Shown here: positions 23,167-33,854 of the stretch, in pieces
Layout: each line of letters opens with the position of its first letter
Numbering within the stretch: the first letter of the stretch is position 1
The notes under the pieces: model-generated
Told to the model about the DNA's origin: nothing
The model's database searches: none
What the model saw: only the letters and a program-made list of their open reading frames with translations
Made by a program: the position numbers and the translations under genes
Assembly: GCA_030141605.1 (NCBI GenBank)
Contig: JAQGDQ010001438.1
Location: 1 to 41,202, forward strand
Length of the DNA stretch: 41,202 nucleotides
Direction of reading: 5' to 3'
Source: Tubiluchus corallicola
Taxonomy: Eukaryota > Animalia > Priapulida

Positions 23167-24544
23167 CAGTTATTTGCAAAAGTTTAAGACCAAGCTCGAG
23201 TTTTCGGGATTTTCATCATACTGTACCCTGATTGCATCAGTATCTTTGTTGATTGCATCATACTGCTAGTGGTTTGAAACAGTACGTCTAGTGAGTATGA
23301 GTGACTCATTTGCATGCTGCTATCCATACAGATCGGCCGTTTTTGTATTTTTCTTGTCATCCAAAAAATAGGCAAAAAATCGTCATTGAGTGAGACTCAG
23401 AGGGTTCAGATCGTGACTTTACATCAAGAAGGATTTACTGAAAGGGCGATAAGTGCTAGATTATGGTTTTCTATGACAGCTGTGCACCAAGCTATAGTCA
23501 GATTCAAGACTGATGGCACTTACAGCGATAGGAAACGGTCTGGACATCCGCGGAAGACTACCCAAAGAGACGACCACATCATGAGACGCATGGTGGTACG
23601 CTCGCCTATGAGCTTCTGCAAGAAGATTCTGGCTCAGATGCGCTTGACAGGCTTGGAATTGAGTGCCAGTACAGTTTCTAGGCATTTGAGCAAGGAGTTT
23701 GGCCTTAAATCCAGAAAGCCGGCCCGTAAACCAGGCCTAACACCAGTAATGAAATGGAAGAGACTGAACTTTGCAAAACGACATCGAGATTGGACCATCC
23801 AGGATTAGAACAAAGTCTTGTTATCGGATGAATCAACCATACAGCAGTTTGTATCTCGAAAGAGGCACGTTAGGAGGCCAGTAGGCAAGCGATTCGACAA
23901 GAGATACACTGTAGCCACCATAAACACCCTCCAAGTCAGATGATATGGGGTGCCATGTCATGTTCTGGGACAGCTGGACTCTACTTGCCCCCCCCCCCCC
24001 CAAATACCACTATGAATGGTCCTAGGTACGTCGAACTGCTTCAGGAAAAACTAGAATTGCATATGAGCGTTCATAAGTGTTCAGTCTTCATGCAACACGG
24101 GGCTCCTTGTCACAGATCGAAGGTGACCACCAATTTCCTCAGGGAGAAGAACATCGCTGTACTTTAATGGCCTGGAAACAGCCCGGACCTCAAACCGATA
24201 GAGAATCTCTGAGAGATACTGAAAGATAAGGTGGCAGACAGGCAGCCATCACGTGCTGAAGACTTGCGAAGAGTTATCAAGGACATTTGGGTTAAAGAAA
24301 TTACTTCCGAGTACTGCCAAAACCTAATTTCCAGTATGCCTCTTAGAATGAAGGCAGTGATTGACAACTTTGGCAGCCATACAAAGTAATAAAATGTTCA
24401 AGGATTGTGACTATTTTTGCATAAAAACGTACAAACTATGCTGTAGTATATTTTTCTAGAAGAATAAATGAATAGTGTTAAACGATGGTTCTGTCAATTT
24501 TCATGAAAAAAATCACTTTGGTCTTGAACTTTTGCAAATGATTG
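23167..24544 (+). mobile_element. Full-length but inactive Tc1-like DNA transposon
   Basis: TIRs CAGTTATTTGCAAAAGTTTAAGACCAA / TTGGTCTTGAACTTTTGCAAATGATTG with TA flanks enclose a transposase remnant. Confidence 0.92.
23368..24389 (+). pseudogene. Tc1-type DDE transposase pseudogene
   Basis: Motifs: IGKKSSLSETQR (ATG>ATA), HTH/RSGHPRKTT, LSDES, MIWGAMS, MQHGAPCH (D>H), WPGNSPDLKPIEN, GSHTK*. There are stops at 23806 and 24165 and frameshifts near 23920 and possibly at the poly-C near 23990. Confidence 0.9.
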
Positions 24545-24926
24545 TATATAAATAATTTATATATGTACATGTGTTATTGTAAATTAAGAATTATGTTAAT
24601 AATTATTAATGTGTACATATGTAAAACAGCTGGATGTCAAGCCACTGAGTGAATCATTGTTTTTATATAGTAGTAGACAAGATGACCCTTTGACACGATA
24701 CATTAACAACTCTGCATGCTGCTTGCCCGGCAACTTTGTTGCTGTACCAGGAATGTTTAACGGCTAAGTTTAACAGTAAATTAATATGTCAACAATTGGC
24801 GAAGGTAAAGTACGCAATAGAAACTTAGAAATACATAGTAATGTCGACAATGGGGCCCGAAAAAAGTGTGCAATACGCAGTAACCTAGCACTCTGTATTC
24901 AAAGCTGTTATATATATGTATGATGT

Positions 24927-24958
<32 letters not shown>

Positions 24959-25550
24959 TCATCTTTATTCACACATAATGATTGTATTATATGCAATATA
25001 TAATAGGGTAAGTAGTGCTATTTACATTGCTATATACATTGTTAGTAGCGAATACAACATTTCATTAATATCATTAACTGTGAAACCTTCGATTACATAT
25101 TCATTATGCAAAGTGCAAAACAGAATGTACGTTATTATCGTCGACAGGTCTATAAGTATGGTGGTTCACGTGTGCTCTAATACGGTTTTTGCAGAGTATA
25201 CTTATACTATTATGGTTATTTAACGCAGCCAATGAGAAAAGAACTGGATTAACTGGATATTATGCTAGTAACATAAAGGCTCGTTCTTTTTTCAGAGTTC
25301 GTATTACCGGTGTGTACACAATAAATCATGTTTGCTATAGTGGCGACATATTGTAATTGTTTTTTACAATTACATAAGTATCGAAATTATCGTTAACATA
25401 GAAGTTATATTTGATTAGAAAGAGTCTTTCATTAATTAATCTTTTTAGATGGAACTTACTCAGCTGTGATCTTTTGCATTTTACAATGGTAAGCTGGCAT
25501 TAGTAAACAATTGTGTTTTACAGGTTCTTGTAAGTCTAAAAGTGCCAAAC

Positions 25551-28500
25551 ATGCCAAGAAGAGGAAGATCAGCCAGTCCAATGAGGTATGCTTTTTTGTT
25601 CTGCACAGTGGTACATAACTTTTTAGTAGGTGGTAGTAATAAGCAGTACTGAACAATTTATATTACATTGTAAAATTGCAGAAACACGGGGTGGATGTTT
25701 GTTTACCGATCTTTGGCGACCTCCTGACTGTACTCATAACGTCACTCGCCTCGCGTCGAAAACGCATACTCACAACGAAAAGTGAAGGTTCTTCAAATTT
25801 AATACCGCTAACACCAAAGTGATAAAAAATCAAAAGAAGCAAGTTTTACAGTAAATTTGTGATGTAATAAATTGAATATTGGTAATGAGAGTAGGATTTT
25901 AAGTTGTAAAAGCTTATATTATAATGTTGTATATTAATATTCTACGTATATTATAGTATAGTATATTAAATTGATTTTAATTATTTTATAATGAAATTAT
26001 TACACTTTATCTTTATGAATTCAGCAGGCCGTCTGTTCCTGCAAGGGTGCCAGCCAGACAGCCAGCACCGGCTCCGCCTGCTCAGATGCAACCAACCACT
26101 AGGCAACCGGGACTCATGGCCCAGATGGCATCCACTGCTGTCGGCGTCGGTGTGGGTTCTGCTATCGGACACACGATAGGTAAACAGTGAAGCATAAAAG
26201 TATCGCTCGGTTTTATATGGTATTAAGTATAGATTAGTGTAAGTCATTTTGCTGTTGTTGGAGTATATAATTGAGTACTGCTGCATTCAGTGATACGTTT
26301 TCTCTACACACAATCTGACAAAGCTTACCACTTGTGCTGATGCTAGTCACATGCGTTTCAAATGGACAGTTACTGTGGCATTTTTCTTTCCACTGAGGGC
26401 CACAAGGAAGCTTTCTGATTTTGGAGTCTGTGTATGCAGTTGGGACCACTATGCAAAATGATATCATTACAAGATAGCTGATCATGCCACACAAAAGGTC
26501 ATTAAAGTACAATAAATAAAAACCATTTACAGTTGACCATGTAGACAAATCGTTTTCAGTACGCTGAATTAGAGATCTACCTTGAGCTGGTTTTAAAGTA
26601 AATTTTTGTCGAATTTTATTATTATAAATTGTTTGGTTTACAGTCATTGAATTTTTCTACATATTGACTTCTTTTATTCGGATTATAACCAGAGAGGTTA
26701 GCTAAATAAGCCTAAAAGTTTCAACAATTAATGATGATCGTGAAAAGGTCAAAGGTTAAGTCTACCAGACAACACATTTGTGTACACTTGACAACGCCTC
26801 ACAGTCCATGCTGTTGTAATAGTAGCAGTTTTAACGGCTAGCTAGAACTTTACCTAGTTCATTTTTAACGGCTAGCTTGAATCTTACCTAGTTTATTTTC
26901 TCTTGTTCCCAAGCAAGATCCTGCCAATAAATCACTCTATGCACAGACAAATGCATAATTAAGTAAAGTCCACATAAAGCGCCTGAACTTACCAAACTGT
27001 TGCAACAGATGGCTTTCCTTTGCACACATGTCACGTGATGGTTGTAGTGAATACACGTTGCTGTGGTATACTTCATTTTTGACCTATAGCAGCTGCGCAC
27101 AACGAAACTATAAAAAGGCTTATTCTAATCAAATATTCGGATATACGCGGATAATGAAAAATAGTAACTGTTTGCAAACTTTATTTAGTCTGTCATCTTA
27201 AGTGACCGTAGCTTATAAACTTTAGGAACCATGAAACAAAATCTGAAGAGAGAATAAATTAATAACTCAACGAGAAAGATAAATAATATAGATAATAATT
27301 TTTATGTTCTTGTTGTTACAACTATTGTCGGATTTTTTTATTCATATATCATATCATATAATATTGATGCACGTTATATATATATTATATTATAAATATG
27401 TTACACATATGTATTGATACGTGTATCAGTCGTGCTGATGGCAAACGTTCTTTTGCTGCTCACCATAATGAATCAGTTTCAAAACTAGAGTTGTAAATCA
27501 TTCTACATACAGACTAATGCATAATTAAGTAAAGTCTATTGCTTTTAAGTTTTTAAATTGTGCTATAATTTTGAAGTTATATTTTAAATTTGGTGTATGA
27601 AAGTTTTAGTGATGCACCGAATCACTTGCACCAGATCTGCATCATGGCGACTGAACTGGGGTACCATCTGCCGGATTTTGTACATTTTTGCTGCAGTTTA
27701 CTAATTCTTATCGATACATGTATTTATTTTTCTGCAGTTTGTTCGGCAGTTTGATTATTTTTCTGCAGTTTGTTCGGCAGTGTGCCTATCAAACTGAGCG
27801 AAATTGCTCACACACTCAGTAAAGCTTTCTTTTATAAGTGCTCAGAGTTGTAAATTATTAACTTGATTTTGGAAAACTTTGAGTATTGTTACGATTCCGG
27901 TTTTCCCTCGGATGTGTCCTCTTTTTCACACTAAAAATCATCGTCGGGGTTGGTTTTTCATAAGTCTAGATATGTCCGGAATTTACCTGATTTTCCTGAA
28001 AAAATCATTTCTGTCTTCCCACATGAGCTCAAAAGACGTCAGTAGGGAGGGAGGAAAATTTTGTTTTCAAAAAAAAACTTTTTTAAAAGCTTTGTGAATG
28101 TTTAAAGCTCCATTGAGGTCATTTTGTGTGAAATCCATCCATGTGAACGATCCATGTATTTGTAATTCAATTCAGTGAGTTTGGCAGTTATGGGAAATCT
28201 TTAGGTGCACTTTGAATGATTGCTTGCTGCACCCTACTATGTGAAGATATACCATATTACCGCATGCAAATGGAAGAAAGTGTGCGTAAGATTTTTATTA
28301 AGCACAAATGAAGCCCAGAACCACCTCTGAGTTTTCTTGGTAATATTTTGTTTATTTATTTTCCGCTGTTGCAGGTAGAAGACAAAAAGTCAAAGTCATC
28401 TAATTTATTCCTGTGTTTAGGGCATGCAATAACTGGTGGCGCGGGTCGTTCGGAAGAGGTCGCTCCTGCAGCTGCAGACCAGGGTGCCATGGCAACCGAC

Positions 28501-29743
28501 GCGCAGCCTTCGCAACAGTATCAGCCGTGCTCTTATGAGCTAAGACAATTTCTGGAATGTACGCAAACGCAAAGTGACCTGACACTGTGCACCGGATTCA
28601 ACGAAGCTTTAAAACAATGCAAGATGTACCATGGTAAGTTACAGCATCTGTAGTGAACACTTCATACATCTATAATTTTCCTCAGACTGTACATGTACTG
28701 TACTGTATATGAATATCTTTAAGAGAGCAGGTCATTTGGGTGCAGTGTAGTCCTGTGCCCAATTGTCCAGTACAAAAATGTCACATACCCAAGTGTCCCG
28801 TGCCCAAATGTCCAGTGCCCAACTGTCACATACTCAAGTGTCCCGTACCCAAATGTCACATACCTAAGTGTCCCGTGCCCAAATGTCCAGTGCCCAACTG
28901 TCACATACCTAAATGTCCCGTGCCCAAATGTCACATACCTAAATGTCCCGTGCCCAACTGTCACATACTCAAGTGTCCCATGCCCAACTGTCACATACCT
29001 AAATATCCCGTGCCCAAATGTCATATACCTAAGTGTCCCATGCCCAACTGTCACATACCTAAGTGTCCCGTGCCCAAATGTCACATACTCAAGTGTCCCA
29101 TGCCCAACTGTCACATACCTAAGTGTCCCATGCCCAACTGTCACATACCCAAGTGTCCCATGCCCAAATGTCCAGTGCCCAACTGTCACATACTCAAGTG
29201 TCCCATGCCCAACTGTCACATACCTAAATGTCCCGTGCCCAACTGTCACATACCTAAGTGTCCCGTGCCCAAATGTCCAGTGCCCAACTATTACACACCT
29301 AAGTGTTCTGTGCCCAAATGTCCAGTGCCCAACTGTTACACACCTAAGTGTTCCGTGCCCAAATGTCCAGTGCCCAACTGTCACATACCTAAGTGTTCCA
29401 TGCCCAAATGTCACATACTCATGTGTCCTATGCCCAAATGTCCAGTGCCCAACTGTCACATACCCAAGTGTCCCACGCCCAAAATATATCCCCTGTCTAA
29501 ATGTCATGTGCCTATCTTTAAAAACTTGTGTCATGATTCTTTTTCTCATTATTAATCTGTCTTCTTCATATTATTTTGGTTGTCCATTAGCTTTTCTAAC
29601 ACTCATTTATTTAAAATTAAAGCTGCTTTAAAGTTTTGGATGCCTATTATGCTGTATGTTAAAAGACTGTGATTTCAAAACATTCTTGCTTTAGCCACAT
29701 TCTTACTACATCGGTTTCATTTTTCTTCCTAGGAATTCAGTAA
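25551..29743 (+). CDS. CHCHD2: CHCHD2/CHCHD10 (Mix17)-like mitochondrial twin CX9C protein, exons 25551-25585, 26025-26179, 28421-28633, 29733-29743; 137 aa
   Basis: The protein has an [13 protein letters not shown]-terminus, the hallmark [32 protein letters not shown] segment and the twin CX9C motif [11 protein letters not shown]...[11 protein letters not shown], and ends GIQ*. Junctions are GT-AG and in phase. CHCHD2 versus CHCHD10 cannot be separated; it is probably the single invertebrate co-ortholog. Confidence 0.93.
26705..27123 (+). mobile_element. MITE-like element, copy 2, in CHCHD2 intron 2
   Basis: Homologous to 766-1080 and bounded by inverted AATAAGCCT ... AGGCTTATT. A further fragment lies near 27492-27538. 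Confidence 0.7.
28750..29510. repeat. 15-bp-unit minisatellite in CHCHD2 intron 3
   Basis: Alternating variants such as GTGCCCAAATGTCCA / GTGCCCAACTGTCAC / ATACCTAAGTGTCCC, about 50 units. Confidence 0.95.
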
Positions 29744-30470
29744 AAGTTTGTTCAATCGTATGACGGAAAACATGGCTTCTGACTAACAGTCTGCAATAGG
29801 TGCTGCCATCTGTGATCCTGCTGCAATCATTTATACTAAATTAGGATGCATGTGTTCGAAAATTGGCCAAAGATTGTTTTAGTAAAGCGTGTTGGTGTCA
29901 CACGTGTGAACTGTAGACTGATTCGTGTAGAAATTGTTAGTTTTCGATTTTAGTGTGTGTAAAAAATTTACTTATCAGTTTTGAAATTGACAATTAACAC
30001 TTGGAAAAACTGTAGTTAACGTTAGTACTAAAAAGTTGCTTTCAAATTGTTTACTATTAAGCTACTAAAACAGCATTAATGACTAAGTAATCCTACATAT
30101 TATTAAGGTTTTATGTCATCACTACATTTGCTTTTCTTTTAAATGCTTTATTCAACTTTACTAATGATGTGAACACGATGGGCTTTCACAGAATTGCTTG
30201 TGTGGTATAAGATTTTCTGAAAATACATTGTTTATTATCAGTATTTTAATTCTTGTTTGTTAAATCTTTGCATAGTATCAATACAAAATACTGTCCTACA
30301 CTTTAAACTGTATCACAGCTTGTTCTATTACATTAAATTATTTTTATTTTTGTGGATGCCCGAGTACTGCTATGTGGATTACGGTGTGAATCTCTTACGA
30401 TTTGACATCGTACTGTAACACCTTTATGGCTAGCCTGCTAGGGACCTAGAAAAAAGTACTCTATAACCTA

Positions 30471-30935
30471 CAGTCAACCGCTGGTATAAGGTACTCGCTT
30501 ATAAGGGACCACCAATGCCGGTCCCGATTTTTCGTAACGTTTTTCCTTATAAAAATCTTCGTACATAAGGTACTCGGATATAAGGGACTTTCGGTTATAA
30601 GGGACGATATCTTCACGTAAAATTAGGTAAATCCCAGGTAAATTAAATCTCATATAAGGGACCATATCATCAAATATTTTTTACGTCATAAAAACCCTAT
30701 GCCAAGACCCGCACGGGTCCTCGTATGTGAAATATACATCTCAATTTACAATTCGTCATCAAGTTCTTCAGTTGCTGAATGATGTTCTCAAGCACATTTC
30801 TAGTGCCGACTGAATCAGCATCGAGCATCAAAACTTGTGAAACTTGGTTTGAGTCAACTTCGGCTCTAAGGAACATTGGATATAAGGGACGATTTCTTCC
30901 GGTCCGGAGTTGTCCCTTATATCCGAGGTTCACTG
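30471..30935. mobile_element. Tigger/pogo-like MITE
   Basis: TIRs CAGTCAACCGCTGGTATAAGG / CCTTATATCCGAGGTTCACTG, TA flanks, and multiple TATAAGGGAC motifs. Confidence 0.85.
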
Positions 30936-31145
30936 TAGTTCCTCTATAAGCACAGGTGGTTAATAATATGACTACTAGATAGACAAGCATGTAATAATAA
31001 ATGTGCGAAATGATGTGCAATGTGTGGCTTCATGGAGCACGTAAAGTGTTTTTAGAAGATGCTGTCAAGTATGAGGTCATGATTATGATGTTTCCATGAG
31101 GTCATGCATATGAGTAGATTATGAGCTCACGATCTTGACTGCCAT

Positions 31146-31545
31146 ATGATCTCATGCTTACGAGCCCAATATGACGTCACTATGTTCTCATTTTCATGAC
31201 CTCATGCTTTTGAGCCCAATATGACGTCACTATGTTCTCATTTTCATGACCTCATGCTTTTGAGCCAAATATGACGTCACTATGTTCTCATTTTCATGAC
31301 CTCATGCTTTTGAGCCAAATGTGACGTCACCATGTTCTCATTTTCATGACCTCATGCTTACGAGCCCAATATGACGGTCACTATGTGCTCATTTTCATGA
31401 CCTCATGCTTTTGAGCCAAATGTGACGTCACCATGTTGTCATTCATGACCTCATGCTTTTGAGCCACATATGACGTCACTGTGTTCTCATTTTCATGACC
31501 TCATGCTTTTGAGCCAAATCTGAGCATTTTATGACCTCATATTGA
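31146..31545. repeat. 50-bp minisatellite, about 7.5 copies, most containing TGACGTCA
   Basis: Unit ATGACCTCATGCTTTTGAGCCAAATATGACGTCACTATGTTCTCATTTTC. Confidence 0.95.
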
Positions 31546-32714
31546 GCTCATGTCTTGACTGGGAACTACTTTGCAGTATATTCAAATTCAATGATATGCA
31601 TTTTATGTGACTTGAGTAAACTGAAAATTCATGAACGTTTCATATTAAAATGCGTGTAGACATTGACACAATCAGCAAAGTTAATGAGATTAAGAAAGCC
31701 GGTCTGTTTTGTCTGTCTCCTGTATAAAAAGTTTTTGCAGCAAAGTAACTGCAGTAGTAGTATTCATCACTCGACGATCTCACATCTCAGAAGTGAGTTT
31801 ATTTATTACCATTTTCTATAATAAGTAAGTGATTTGCTAGCGTCCAGAAATTCAACAGCTATGTGCCAACCCGCTCTTTGCATCAATCTCATACAACGGT
31901 TAATTTTATTTTATTTATTAGGGTAACCATAGATACAATAAAAGTTAAATGCTTAAAACAATAAAATATGAACAATAATAAACAAGACAGGTTGAAATAC
32001 TCCCCGTAGTTTTAGAACCTGGCTACGCCCCTGTGACTATAGAAAAAGTTAAGAACCCTATTAACTCTACTGAGTTGATTAATGAGCAGTAAAACTCATT
32101 TACAGGGATTTCTATTCTAATTCACGTTCGCGTCTGATTTAAACCATTGTATAACCGGTTGGCAATAGCAAAAATTTCGATAATGAAATCTGCACGCACG
32201 TGTGGCAGTACGGTACGGTACGTAAAAAACACCGTACTTCGTACCTCTACAAGGTGAAATTGTACTGCAAAATTGTTCTTCGTGTCTGCAAAATTGAATC
32301 GCGCCGTGTTAGTACGATAAAATTTCCGTACCAAGTGCATGTAGGATCTATTATAAGAGGTGTAAAAATGAATTGTAGACTCGATTAATTGATAAATTTC
32401 ATGCTATTTATGTATTATTTCAATTAAGTTTGTAATGAATTCAATTCTATAATTAAACCTGCGTGTTGCAAAGCTGACCTTACAGTGCCATGCAAACTTT
32501 CATAACTTAAAATGAATATATATGTTTAACCATTTTTTTCAAATATTTAGCGACTTCGTGCGTTATCAGTGTCATCATTCATTTGAATGTTTTAGTCCCC
32601 CACACATTAATTAGTCTGGCTAAAAAATCAACAAGATTAGAATTAGCCCAAAGTGTTTTAAAAGACTTCCGCAGAACAATGAAAAACTTTCACAAAATGC
32701 CGTTATAACTCTAG

Positions 32715-33420
32715 TTGTAGCTGTAAACAAGAGCCATAACTGTTCATAAAACCAATAGCTCTAAATAAAAGCCATAGCTGTAAATAAAGTCATAGCTGTT
32801 TATAAAAGCCATAGTTGTTTACAAAACCAATAGCTCTAAATAAAAGCCATAGCTGTAAAGAAAAGCCATAGCTGTAAATAAAGACATAGCTGTTTATAAA
32901 AGCCATAGCTGTAAACAAAATCCTTAGCTGTAAATAAAGCCATAGCAGTTTATAAAAGTCATGGCTGTAAATAAAGCCAGTGCTGCGAAGAATAGCCATA
33001 GTTGCAAATAAATGTGAAAACTGTAAATAAAATCTATATCTGTAAACAAAAACATAGATGTAAATAAAAGCCATAGCTTTAAACAAAAGCTATGACTGTA
33101 AGGAAGACTACTACTATGGCTGTCATTAAAAGCCATAGCTGTAAACAAAACCATTACAATAAACAAAATCTATAGCTGCATAAAAAGTCATAACTGCAAA
33201 TAAAGCCATAGTTGTAAAAAAACCACGATTGTAAATAAAAGCCATAGCTGTAAACAAAAGTTATACCTGCAAGCAAAAGCTGCCAACAAAAGTCATAGTT
33301 GCAAACGAAAGCCATGGCTGTAAATAAAAATCATAACTATAAACAACAGCCACAGTGTAAACAAAAGCCACAGGTGTAAATAAATCCATTGTTGCAAAGA
33401 ACGGTCATAGATGTAAAAGA
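32715..33420. repeat. Degenerate 19-20-bp minisatellite
   Basis: Consensus AAAGCCATAGCTGTAAATAA, roughly 35 diverged units. One more unit follows near 33610-33632. Confidence 0.9.
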
Positions 33421-33854
33421 TTATGTCATAGATTATTATTATTATTACTGTGTTTTATTGTGTATTGTGTTGACGATTGTACCCCATGTGCAGGGTTTTG
33501 TCTGTGTAGTTTTTTCTTTATTGTAACGTACTGCATTGTTTATGTAATATTTTATAACATGTAATTGCAATTGTATGGCTTGTAAATCGTCAATAAATAA
33601 ATATACTCGTTGTAAAAGTCATATCTGTAAACGTACCAGGTCGATAGCTCCTTTAACATTGCTTTAAAGGATCAGCTACATTTGTACTCTACACCAGATG
33701 GCCAAAATGGCCACCTGACGCTTACAGCTAGACTACTAATTCAAAAGATCTAGAAGGATGGACAAATTAACTGCTCGTTGGACATCAGAGGAAAATCCTG
33801 CCGGTTTTTACTGCCATTTTACTAAATGCGTTCAGAGAAAATCCAGCAATAACC

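Noticed and set aside
18575-32033. CAGGGGCGTAGCCA at 18575 and its reverse complement ending near 32033 as TIRs of a 13-kb element carrying CHCHD2
   Set aside because: The flanks (TTGACAAG versus TGACTATA) are not a matching target site duplication. Two independent hAT-like MITE ends are a simpler explanation.
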